A DNA stretch of 21,026 nt from an uncultured Thermococci archaeon (GCA_964615185.1 CAZTOS010000039.1:1-21026); one strand, 5' to 3'. Positions 7,727-17,241 are shown, numbered from the stretch's first letter. A program made the numbers and translations. Notes: generated by a model not told the origin, from the letters alone.

Positions 7727-9055
7727 CCCTTTTGTTGTCAAAATAAAACTCTGCAATAGTCAATATCTGCTGATAAACACCAAAAACGGATCAATGATAA
7801 AAGTTGACAGTGAAGCATTAAATGAACTTGAGAAGGAGAACCCCGAATTGGACAACAACATTTTATCCATTCTAAGGCAGTCTGGTTTCATAATCGATAA
7901 ACCTGATAATAAAGAGGTCAGAAAATATTTTAATTGGCTTTGGGATAATATTTACTCAAACAATTATCACATCATTGTTGTAACATACACTTGCAACCTT
8001 AATTGTTCCTACTGTTACCAAAGAAACATAAAAAGGGAGAAAGACTTAACAAAAGAGCAAGTGGATAAAATCTTTGAGGCTATTTTAAAGTTTGATAATG
8101 GGGAAGTTGACAATAGAAAAAGCAAAATCCGAAATATCCAGCTTTATGGTGGAGAACCTCTTCAAAAAAGACTCTATAAAATAATTGAGTACATTCTTGA
8201 AATTGGCTCATCATATGGATATAAATTCATAATTATGACAAATGCCATTGACTTGGATTATTATGTACCTCTTCTTGAGTCTTATAGGGATTCAATAGCT
8301 TTGCTACAAACCACAATTGACGGTCCGGAGGAAGTTCATGACTCATATCGATATAATGGGGCATTTGAGAAAACGATTTCAAACATTGAAAAAATTATCG
8401 AGGTGGGATTTAGAGTTGATTTGAGAACTAACGTTGGCAAAGAAAATGCTAAGTATCTAGAAGAACTTGCAAGATTTTATATTGAGAAAGGGTGGACAAA
8501 TAAAGAAAATGTTCGGTTTTATTTAGCTCCGGTTAGGGACAAATTTGGCCCTTGCTATTTTAACCCGGATCTATCCTACGATGAAATCCTAAATTTATTT
8601 AGAAGTGAATTAATAACCAAGGTTTTTGGAATATTTAATGGTCTCTTTGTCAAGTTCTATGAAGGAATCTGGATTCCACAGTTCTATAATTGTCCAGCTC
8701 ATTACCGACAGATATTCTACGATCCTTATGGTGATTTATATGCATGCATGAGTGCTTTGAGAATGAAAGAGCTTAGCATTGGAAATACTATCCAGTGCTT
8801 GAACTAAATGAGAACTTTCATTTGTACAGAAAACGGAGCATCTTTAACATAGAAAAATGCAAAAACTGTGAATTTGCTCTGCTCTGTGGAGGAGGATGTA
8901 GCTACAATGCATTTCTAAAAACTGGCAATTTAGCCAATCCAGACTGTTATAGCATGAAAATATTAAAAGAGAGATTTTTCCAACTATTTAAATACCCAGA
9001 AGTTCTTGAATATTATTTTAAGAGGAAACAAAAGGGGGATGAGTATGAACCATGA
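7719..9055 (+). pseudogene. Radical SAM/SPASM peptide maturase 3, split by a 1-nt frameshift at ~8783-8785 (true pseudogene or sequencing error)
   Basis: ORF 7719..8807 has CNLNCSYC, GGEP and the first half of SPASM (NCPAH...GDLYAC). ORF 8795..9055 has CKNC-x5-C-x3-C...DC. Adding one A to GGAAATAC gives SIGKYYPVLELN, matching paralog IGEYYP / VGTYYP. Confidence 0.88.
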
Positions 9056-9446
9056 TAGCTAATCTTAAAAAGTGTACCCATGTTGGGAGATGATTGGAAT
9101 CGAAGATTACCAAATTGGAGAGATACAGAAAGATGGAACAATGAAAATTACCCCATTTTATTATGATGTAAAATCTAGGGATCCTACAGAATATGAAGAG
9201 TGTAAGAATTGCAAACTTTTGCCAGTTTGCATGGGAGGATGTCCAATGGAATCAATTCGAAAAAACGGACATCCTAATGGTCCGGGATGCGACATAAATA
9301 AATATGTTTGGAAAGAAGGGTTAAAATTTTATTTAATGAGAAAGTATTCCAACCTATTTAGCAAGGAGAGTCTAATGAAAAATTTGGGTCGAATCCCAGA
9401 TAAAAACGAACAAGTGTGGAACTTCACACTTTCAACAAGAGAATAA
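9052..9446 (+). pseudogene. SPASM-only remnant of a fourth radical SAM maturase
   Basis: The frame from 9069 reads KVYPCWEM...CKNCKLLPVCMGGCP...GC, i.e. it begins mid-SPASM (cf. GKVYPC in maturase 1). There is no CX3CX2C, and in-frame TAA stops lie at 9060 and 9066. Confidence 0.75.
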
Positions 9447-9493
9447 TAGGCATTAAAAACAACGAAAACAACTGTACACCGAGGTGTTGGATA

Positions 9494-11266
9494 ATGGAGA
9501 GGAAAGTATTTGCTATATTCTTAATCTCTTTTCTTGTGCTTTCTATGGGATATGTTTTATGGGGCAATAAATCAGTTCCATCATCACTAAAACAAGAGAA
9601 ATTGAAACTTTACATTGAATATCCTTCAAGGGTTGAAGAAAAAATTATACATGGAGCTTTTCCTCATTTTCTGACGAATTATTCTGTTATTGCAAACATA
9701 ACTGTTATTACCCTCAATCACCACCTAAAGGTAAGCTGGAATTTTGTAATTAAGGATAGAACTGGAAACAGCACTATACTTTACATAAAGTCTCCAAGTT
9801 TTGGTAAATTAAGCCTGACGCTTGAAGGAAAACAAGTCAACATATCAAAGCTCTCTCGATATTCATTACCTCAGTATTACGCTCAAGTAATACTTTTGAA
9901 TGTAACATATCCAAAGGATATTCCAATACATGGAGCACTGGAGTATGAGACAACAGTGAATTCTTCGTTCACCCAATATATACTCGGTGATTTTGTGAAA
10001 TTTTCCCCAATTTATTATCCCGAAACATATCCTTCCATAATGGTTTTTTCAACTGAGTGGCTTCTTCCGATATCACCTGCAGGAATACTTGTTAACTCAA
10101 ATTCCCTCTATAATCCAATTCCAAAAGTGTATAATCTCACTCTCATTCTTCCTTCAACCTATACCGTACTCTCCGACTATTATCTACCCAAAATAGAACA
10201 CAAAGATAAAAAATTAGTAGTAACATTCAGAAATGTTAAGCTCAATCCCACGAATTACCGGTTCATTTACATTTACAACCATGACCTTTTTCAAAAAACC
10301 GAAATTACTATTAGGAATGCCAAATTAATAGTTTACACTCCAAAGAAAAGTTATTTGGACTTCCAAGAACTCACAAATATCACAGCACAAATAGTCTGGC
10401 ACTATATAAAACGCTTAAGCATGCTTCCTTATCAGGAAATTCATGTATTCTTTAATCCAGATATTATATTTGGAGAAGAATTTGAATACTTTGAGAATGG
10501 AATTGTAGTAGTTGGACTTCGGACACATTATGGATTTTTGGAAAATGAGGGCATTTTACCAACAATTGCTCATGAGCTTGCCCATTTGTGGTTTGGGAGT
10601 TATGCCCATCTTGGTCGACTCGATGAGAGCCTTACCACCTTCATGGAATTTGATGTGGATAAGCTTACTGGTGAAAGCTTGAAAGAAAGAGAAAAACAGG
10701 CAGTAAGGGACTCCAAGCGTTATAAGAGAACGTTGGCTCAAGTTTACCAAGAGGGAATACCTGACCCACAAATAAGACTTGGTGTTGAATATTATAAGGG
10801 TGCTTTTGTCTTCCGCTCTCTTCAGTTTGTTCTTGGCAATGAGACTTTCTTCAAGGGCTTAAGGGAGCTTTTAAGAGAATGCCATAATAAAGAGTGTAAT
10901 TTAACGGATGTTCAAAATGTTTTTGAAGAAGTTAGTGGACAAGATTTAGATTGGTTCTTCAAAGAGTGGTTTTACACTACTAAGGTTCCTGATTACGAGG
11001 TTGGAAACTTGAATTTAGTTCAAAAAAGTGGAAGATATTCCCTGACCTTTGAAATTATTGACAAAAACAACTTCACAATGCCCCTCGAAATTGAGGTAAT
11101 AACATCAAAAGAAAAACTCGTTAAGAAAGTTTGGATTAAAGGGAAAGCAAAGATAAGTTTTGAATTAAATGATAAACCAATAAAGATAACCCTCGATCCA
11201 AACGAATGGATAGTGAACGAAAACAAAAAATATAACATTGAGAGAATAGAGATAATAATTGAGTAA
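9494..11266 (+). CDS. Membrane-anchored/secreted M1-family (gluzincin) aminopeptidase
   Basis: Start moved to ATG 9494 (RBS GAGGTG at 9481). N-terminal TM/signal VFAIFLISFLVLSMGYVLW, HELAH (10571) with third ligand Glu in LDES, catalytic Tyr in YYKGAFVF, C-terminal LDPNEW beta domain. Confidence 0.88.
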   Translation: MERKVFAIFLISFLVLSMGYVLWGNKSVPSSLKQEKLKLYIEYPSRVEEKIIHGAFPHFLTNYSVIANITVITLNHHLKVSWNFVIKDRTGNSTILYIKSPSFGKLSLTLEGKQVNISKLSRYSLPQYYAQVILLNVTYPKDIPIHGALEYETTVNSSFTQYILGDFVKFSPIYYPETYPSIMVFSTEWLLPISPAGILVNSNSLYNPIPKVYNLTLILPSTYTVLSDYYLPKIEHKDKKLVVTFRNVKLNPTNYRFIYIYNHDLFQKTEITIRNAKLIVYTPKKSYLDFQELTNITAQIVWHYIKRLSMLPYQEIHVFFNPDIIFGEEFEYFENGIVVVGLRTHYGFLENEGILPTIAHELAHLWFGSYAHLGRLDESLTTFMEFDVDKLTGESLKEREKQAVRDSKRYKRTLAQVYQEGIPDPQIRLGVEYYKGAFVFRSLQFVLGNETFFKGLRELLRECHNKECNLTDVQNVFEEVSGQDLDWFFKEWFYTTKVPDYEVGNLNLVQKSGRYSLTFEIIDKNNFTMPLEIEVITSKEKLVKKVWIKGKAKISFELNDKPIKITLDPNEWIVNENKKYNIERIEIIIE

Positions 11267-11361
11267 TAAGACTCCGTCCTTTTAACCTTCGCTTTTTATT
11301 AATACTATATCAACAATATTAATAAATTCAAAGAAGATCCTGATAACTTTGTAGTAATGTT

Positions 11362-13866
11362 CTAACCCCCTCTTAACTTTCTCCCCTCCTCAAGCTCTCT
11401 CCTCAAAGTTCTTGCTTCGAACTCCGCTTTCTTTGCCCTAAACACCTTTGCAATTCTCTCAACTGCTTCAAGCTTCCTGATTATGCCGTCAAGCCACGTA
11501 AAGACGTCTCCGGGATAAAGAATTAGGCCATACATCTTTCTAAAATACTCGCTTATCTGAGTTGGATGCCTCCCTTCTCTTCTCAGCTCCATGATGCGGT
11601 CGCTTATTCTGTGCATCGCATACTCAGTGCACTCCTTTTCTTCACACATAAAGAAATCCTGATAAATCGTGAAGAGCCTCTCTTGAGCATTTGGACTAAG
11701 CTCTGGGATAACCCTATCGAGTTCCTCTAAAATCGAAGCAAAGCTTGGGGAAAAAATGTTAGCGCTCAGCCTTCCTCTAACTGCTCCTTCCAGCTCCCTC
11801 TGCAGAGTTCCGCTGAGATAAACATTTTCAAAAGGCGAAAGTTTGATTGCAATCTCCCTCGGACTCTTCTTTGCGAGGTTCTCTCTTATGAACTGAGCCT
11901 CATTTGGCAGTAAGAAGCTCATGCTGACAGCTCTTCCATAAGGTGTAACATTCACGAGCTTGCCCCTGAGTTTAACAAAATCATACTCTTCAAGCTTCTC
12001 CAAAACCCTTTCAGCACTTTGATTCGCTCCCAAACATCTGCTCTGGACTTCTTCTATATCATCCAGATATGAGAACACACATGCATGAGCCAAAACTTGG
12101 TCTTGCTCCAGCTCATCGCTCCACTCAAGGTAAACGGGTTCAATAGGTGCTGTTAACAGCTTAAATGCAACTTCATCTTCACTTTGCTCCATTTGAGCTG
12201 AGTATTTCTTCCCAGGCTCAATTATGAGGTAAACCTTTCCCTTCTCATGATAGAGAGGCCTCCCAGCTCTTCCAAGCATCTGGTGAAACTCTCTAACACT
12301 CAGCCACTTATTGCCCATTGCCAGGCTTTCAAAGATTACTTGTGAAGCTGGAAAATCAACCCCAGCTCCTAAAGCAGCTGTAGTTACAACAACATCAAGC
12401 ATCTGAGCTTGAAACTCCATCTCTGTGAGTTTCCTTTGATGATACGGCAATCCACTGTGATAGGGCTTTGCCTTCAATCCTCTGCTTGTTAAAAACGCAG
12501 CCAGCTCATGGCATCTCTTCCTTGAAAAGGTGAAAACTATAGTCTGACCTTTATAGCCTTGCTTCGATTTTCTCATAACCTCAGCTTTAGCCAGCTGAGC
12601 TATGTAATGCCATTTTTCACTTTCATTTCTTGCTAAAATGACGTGCCTCTCTAAGGCCACTGGTCTTTCATCATAGACAACCAACCTAAGCCCAAGCTCC
12701 TTTGCAAGCTCTTCGGGATTCCCAATTGTAGCACTCAGTCCAATGAACTGAGCTTTTGGATAGAGTCTCCTCAATCTTGCTATTAAACCATCCAATCTTG
12801 CTCCTCTCTCCTCGTCATCAATCATGTGGATCTCATCAATGACAATAGTCCCAACTTTTCCAATTTTTCTACCAGCTCTCAATAGATAATCAACTCCTTC
12901 ATAAGTTCCCACAATTATGTCGGCATCAATTCCCGTATCCACAACGACGAGCTCGTCTTTAGTCTTAATTCTGCTCATACCAACCCTTATGGCGACTCTT
13001 AAGCCAAGCTTAGAATATCTCCTCTTGAAATCCTCATATTTTTGATTTGCCAAAGCCACAAGGGGAACTAAAAAGAGCATCTTCTCTCCTTTTATTGCCT
13101 TAGGAACTCCAGCCAATTCTCCTATGAGGGTTTTCCCACTTGCTGTTGCTGAAACGATGAGAAGATTTTCCCCTTTTAACAAACCATGCTGAATAGCTAA
13201 GCTCTGAACTGGTAAAAGCTCCCTCACGCCCTCACTCCTTAACACATCTTTGAGCTCTTTCGGAATTTCAACCTCGTCAATGCTTAGTTTTTTGACTTTA
13301 ATCTTCTTTGGCTTAAGCTCATCCCATTTTGTAACTTCGGGATTTTTAGTTGGGTCAAATCTTGGGTCAAAAACCATTAGAACTTTATCCAAGTCTCTAA
13401 ATCGCTGTAAAAGCTTCTTTGCTTGGTCAAACATTCCTAAACTCCTAAACCTGTATCGAAGCTCATTTTTAAGCTCTTCCTCCGCACATTTCTCACATAT
13501 GTACTCGCTATGGAATTTTATTCTATTTCCTTCAGTTAAGACCGTTATCTTCCCATTGAGGAGACAAAAACGGCAGAGGTGAGCTTTTTCGACCCTCTTA
13601 TTTTGAAGCCTTACTTTAAAATATTCCTCCCACTCATCTGTATCTACCAAAACAATTCTCGCCTGCCTCAAAACCTTCTCAATCTCTTTGGGATTCCTAT
13701 ACTGGCTACCTTCAAGAACCTTAAACAAACGGTTGTCTCTCATAATTAGCCGGTAAATCCTATCAGCTTTTAGATTCTGCATCTGAGAAAGCTTTTCAGG
13801 TTCTTTTTCAACGTAATAAGCTTCGAGTTCATCCTTTTTTCTGCCTTTTTTGATTATAAAAAGCAT
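11362..13866 (-). CDS. Archaeal Ski2-like SF2 DExH helicase (ASH-Ski2 / DUF5814 type)
   Basis: ATASGKT, DEIH, SAT, QMLGRAGR; N-terminal CRFC...CEKC metal motif and C-terminal Cys pair. Start placed at ATG 13866 behind AGGTGA. Confidence 0.9.
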   Translation of the reverse strand: MLFIIKKGRKKDELEAYYVEKEPEKLSQMQNLKADRIYRLIMRDNRLFKVLEGSQYRNPKEIEKVLRQARIVLVDTDEWEEYFKVRLQNKRVEKAHLCRFCLLNGKITVLTEGNRIKFHSEYICEKCAEEELKNELRYRFRSLGMFDQAKKLLQRFRDLDKVLMVFDPRFDPTKNPEVTKWDELKPKKIKVKKLSIDEVEIPKELKDVLRSEGVRELLPVQSLAIQHGLLKGENLLIVSATASGKTLIGELAGVPKAIKGEKMLFLVPLVALANQKYEDFKRRYSKLGLRVAIRVGMSRIKTKDELVVVDTGIDADIIVGTYEGVDYLLRAGRKIGKVGTIVIDEIHMIDDEERGARLDGLIARLRRLYPKAQFIGLSATIGNPEELAKELGLRLVVYDERPVALERHVILARNESEKWHYIAQLAKAEVMRKSKQGYKGQTIVFTFSRKRCHELAAFLTSRGLKAKPYHSGLPYHQRKLTEMEFQAQMLDVVVTTAALGAGVDFPASQVIFESLAMGNKWLSVREFHQMLGRAGRPLYHEKGKVYLIIEPGKKYSAQMEQSEDEVAFKLLTAPIEPVYLEWSDELEQDQVLAHACVFSYLDDIEEVQSRCLGANQSAERVLEKLEEYDFVKLRGKLVNVTPYGRAVSMSFLLPNEAQFIRENLAKKSPREIAIKLSPFENVYLSGTLQRELEGAVRGRLSANIFSPSFASILEELDRVIPELSPNAQERLFTIYQDFFMCEEKECTEYAMHRISDRIMELRREGRHPTQISEYFRKMYGLILYPGDVFTWLDGIIRKLEAVERIAKVFRAKKAEFEARTLRRELEEGRKLRGG

Positions 13867-13880
13867 CAAAATCACCTTAG

Positions 13881-14378
13881 CTATCTTCTTCGCCTTCTTG
13901 CTTTCCTCTCCTGCATCATTACACCACTTTCCTTGAAGGTATCCATGATAACTGAAACCTTTGCCCTTTTCATATTCTTCCCAAGATATTTTACAGAGAG
14001 ATTTTTCACGAACTCTTTAAGCTGGGAGATATCTTTAAAGTTTGCCCGTATTAAAATCTGAAACTCCCCTGTTTTCCTGTAAACTCCGATAACGTTGTCA
14101 AACTGGCTTATGCTGTACAGCATTTTGTCCACGGTTTCATTATCAACAAGAAGCTCAACCTCAATTATTGCCTGAACAAACTCATTTAGAAAAGTTGGAT
14201 CAACTATTGCCGAATACCCCCGGATAGCCCCCAAGCTTTCCAGCTTTTCAATTCTGTTTTTTATACTTGCTGGTGAAAGACCTATTTTTCTGCCCAACTC
14301 TGTTAAAGTAGCCCTGCCATTCTTTCTGAGCTCTTTGAGAATTTCCTCGTCTTTTTCGTCAATGCCCACCATTTTCAC
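13881..14378 (-). CDS. Lrp/AsnC family transcriptional regulator
   Basis: IDEKDEEILKELRKNGRATLTELGRKIGLS...RIEKLESLGAIRGYSAIVD HTH, then TGEFQILIR RAM domain. Confidence 0.93.
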   Translation of the reverse strand: MKMVGIDEKDEEILKELRKNGRATLTELGRKIGLSPASIKNRIEKLESLGAIRGYSAIVDPTFLNEFVQAIIEVELLVDNETVDKMLYSISQFDNVIGVYRKTGEFQILIRANFKDISQLKEFVKNLSVKYLGKNMKRAKVSVIMDTFKESGVMMQERKARRRRR

Positions 14379-14407
14379 TCAAAGGAAAATAGTAAAGAGA
14401 AAGGTTA

Positions 14408-15085
14408 TTATTTTTTCGCTATTTTAATTGGTGCACCAAAAGCCCTATCTCCAGCATCTCCAAGTCCCGGAAGAATGTAACCGTGATCATTCAGTTCTCT
14501 ATCAATCTTTGCTACAAAGATTTCAACTTCTGGGTATGTTGCCTTAATTTTGCTTATTCCTTCCGGTGCTGCCAAAACTCCAAGAACTATGATCCTCTTT
14601 GGGGTTCCATACTTCCTAACTTCCTCAATGACCTTTAGCAATGTTGAGCCAGTCGCAATCATTGGGTCTGCAATTATTACGGTGTCTTCAGGCTTAATTT
14701 CTGGAATCTTAATGTAGTTCATTTCTATCTCAAACTTTGGCGCTTTGCCTCTTGATGCAGAAACTATACCAACCCTTGCATGCTCAAGAACTTTTATCAA
14801 GCCCTCCATCAATGGAATTGCTGCTCTGAGAACTGTAACAATCACTACGTTCTTCCTGTCTTTAACAACTATGCCCTCTGTCTTCTCTAACGGTGTTTCA
14901 ATTTCAACTTTTTCAACGTCCATTGTTTTTGTTAGCTCATAACCCATATATCTGCCAAGCTTTACTAAGCCCTTTCTGAACTCTATTGCACCCGTATTCT
15001 TATCTCTGAGCCCTGTAAGAATCTCCATCAAAAATGGTGAGTCTTCAAAGGAATAAACACCTTCCCATCTCTCATCAGCTATCAT
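14408..15085 (-). CDS. upp: Uracil phosphoribosyltransferase
   Basis: LRDKNT...FRK, VLRAA, PRPP loop [24 protein letters not shown]. Confidence 0.97.
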   Translation of the reverse strand: MIADERWEGVYSFEDSPFLMEILTGLRDKNTGAIEFRKGLVKLGRYMGYELTKTMDVEKVEIETPLEKTEGIVVKDRKNVVIVTVLRAAIPLMEGLIKVLEHARVGIVSASRGKAPKFEIEMNYIKIPEIKPEDTVIIADPMIATGSTLLKVIEEVRKYGTPKRIIVLGVLAAPEGISKIKATYPEVEIFVAKIDRELNDHGYILPGLGDAGDRAFGAPIKIAKK

Positions 15086-15146
15086 TAAAAGCCCGCCCTG
15101 AGTTTAGAAAGAGCCATTTAAAAATGTTGCGGAAGGGAAGAAAATG

Positions 15147-15518
15147 TTAATCTCCCCTCTCCTCCGGAGGAACACTCTTCTCAGTTACAGGTATTATACA
15201 AAGGAACTCAAAGGTCTCCGAATCTGGATTCTCATATCCGTGGGGTTCATTTGGAGGTATATATAGAAAGCTGCCCGGAACAGCTTTTACCGTCTTTCTA
15301 CCGTTTGTTATGTAACCTTCGCCTTTGACTACAAATATTTCATGTTCCCATGGATGCTGATGTGTGGGGATTTTCCCTCCTTTCCTAATAACAAAATATC
15401 TCATCGCAAAATTCTTTGCCCCAACTTTTGGGGAAACAAGCCATCTTATTGTTGTTTTCTCAACCCCTTCTATTGTAACTTCCTTTTCTTCAACATCAAG
15501 ATAATGCCCAACAAACAT
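15147..15518 (-). CDS. Cupin domain protein (123 aa)
   Basis: HQHPWEHEIFVVKGEG...IPPNEPHGYEN metal-binding cupin motifs. Start moved to ATG 15518 behind GGGTGA, which removes the overlap with the divergent gene. Confidence 0.9.
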   Translation of the reverse strand: MFVGHYLDVEEKEVTIEGVEKTTIRWLVSPKVGAKNFAMRYFVIRKGGKIPTHQHPWEHEIFVVKGEGYITNGRKTVKAVPGSFLYIPPNEPHGYENPDSETFEFLCIIPVTEKSVPPEERGD

Positions 15519-15576
15519 TTCTGTCACCCAAAGGTCTTTAAGTTTTGAACTACTTAAGGGTTTTTTGGTGAAAAAC

Positions 15577-17241
15577 ATGAGAAAGCTTTTCGTGCTGCTT
15601 TTAATAGGACTGATTATCTTCTCAGCAGGATGCACACAGAAAGGAACAACTTCAACAGAGACTACCCAAATTAAAACTCAAGAAAAGCCAAGTGAGACAC
15701 AAATGACAACTTCCACACCAACACAGACTCAAGCTCAAGGAATTAACTTCAAGGAATACAAGCGTGGCGAGATAATCGGAAATTGGTGGAAGCTTTTTGA
15801 TACAAGTGTAGTTTATGTCAGCAAGGGATATGAGGATTTAGCAAAGCATTACTTCCCAAATGCTCAAATAAAACCTGCAAGTGAGTTTGAGAGTGGAATT
15901 GCAATTTTAAGACCAAAAGATGCCCGAGAGCTTTTGAGAGGAAAGCCAATGCTGATTACAATCAACGACTATTTTGGCTATGTCCTTTACAAAGTTGGCT
16001 ATAAATTCGTTGGGCAGGATATGGGGATGATTGTGGCATACAAAGAAAACAGCAGAGACAGACTAATCTTTACAGGTAATGGAAGAGCCGGAACTGGAGT
16101 TGCATTGAAATATGCCTTAGACATTAAAGAAGGAAAAAGAAAACCAAAGGCAACATATGTTCTTAGAAGGGGGGATTTTGAAGGTATTGTGCTGAAGGAA
16201 ATCGGTGATAACAACTGGAACGGAATTTTAGAAAAAGGAGAATACTGGACAATTAACGAGATTTACTTTAAGGAGCCGTTTATTTACAACTGGCGCATTG
16301 TTAATGGAGAGAACATAACGGTCAGTGGAGGATTCATAAGATATGTGAACGGCTCAAGGGTTTATATCTACGCTTTGAGCTTTAATGTGAGCGTTGAAGT
16401 TAAAAACGGGAACGGAGCTAAGATAACATATATCGTTGAAAACGTGAATCCAAGCATTATGAAGATTCCAGAGAATGCAGAGACTGGGGACACTTGGATT
16501 AAGTTTACAACAACCGAGAAACACTTTGTACTCCAGGCAAAAAGTCTTGAAAACTTCACTTTCTTAGCTTTTGGTGACCACAGACCTGGAAGTGGAAAGA
16601 AAGTTCCAGAGGCATTCTTAAAAGTTAGAGACTCTATGAACAATGACAGTGGAGCCTTCATAATTGATGGAGGAGATTTAGTCTATTCCGGAAAAGTCGA
16701 GGAGTGGGGAGAGCTGTTTAAAGCCTGGAAGTTCAATAAACCCGTTTTCATAGCTGTGGGCAACCACGAGTACCAGGGAGAAGGTGTTAACATATACCAC
16801 AAATACTTTGGTCCAACCGACTATTCATTTGTCCTCGGAAATTACTACTTCATTTTCATGAACAACGTTGAAAATGGATACTCATTAAGTGCTTCACAGT
16901 GGAAATGGCTTAAAAATGAGCTTGAGAAAGCAAAGAAACTCCACAAAAACCCAATAATTGTTATGCATACACCTCCAGTTGATCCAAGACCTGGGGGAGA
17001 CCACTCAATGAAGTCCAGTGAGGGAAAGAAACTACTCAATCTAATGAAAGAATACAATGCCTTTGGAGTATTTAGCCACATCCACATCTACTGGTACGGA
17101 GAAAAGAATGGAGTCAGTTACGTAGTTACTGGTGGGGGAGGGGCTCCGCTATATGCTAAGCCCGATGAGGGAGGATTTTACCATTATGTCAAAATTTCCG
17201 TGGATGGAGGAATCCAGGTTGAACCTATAGAGGTCAGCTAA
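15577..17241 (+). CDS. Lipoprotein with C-terminal calcineurin-like metallophosphoesterase domain
   Basis: RBS GGTGA before ATG 15577, lipobox FSAGC, Thr-rich linker, and motifs GDHR, GDLV, GNHE, MHTP, SHIH. Confidence 0.9.
   Translation: MRKLFVLLLIGLIIFSAGCTQKGTTSTETTQIKTQEKPSETQMTTSTPTQTQAQGINFKEYKRGEIIGNWWKLFDTSVVYVSKGYEDLAKHYFPNAQIKPASEFESGIAILRPKDARELLRGKPMLITINDYFGYVLYKVGYKFVGQDMGMIVAYKENSRDRLIFTGNGRAGTGVALKYALDIKEGKRKPKATYVLRRGDFEGIVLKEIGDNNWNGILEKGEYWTINEIYFKEPFIYNWRIVNGENITVSGGFIRYVNGSRVYIYALSFNVSVEVKNGNGAKITYIVENVNPSIMKIPENAETGDTWIKFTTTEKHFVLQAKSLENFTFLAFGDHRPGSGKKVPEAFLKVRDSMNNDSGAFIIDGGDLVYSGKVEEWGELFKAWKFNKPVFIAVGNHEYQGEGVNIYHKYFGPTDYSFVLGNYYFIFMNNVENGYSLSASQWKWLKNELEKAKKLHKNPIIVMHTPPVDPRPGGDHSMKSSEGKKLLNLMKEYNAFGVFSHIHIYWYGEKNGVSYVVTGGGGAPLYAKPDEGGFYHYVKISVDGGIQVEPIEVS

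Noticed and set aside
9416..9493. N-terminal extension of the M1 peptidase given by the ORF track (also extensions at 15519-15635 and 17526-17573)
   Set aside because: Downstream ATGs have clear RBSs, restore N-terminal signal or TM positions and remove overlaps.
1845..13886. 12-bp direct repeat CCTTAGCTATCT at 1845-1856 and 13875-13886 as possible att sites or target duplication
   Set aside because: About ten or more chance 12-mer matches are expected in 21 kb, and the interval would include the core helicase gene.
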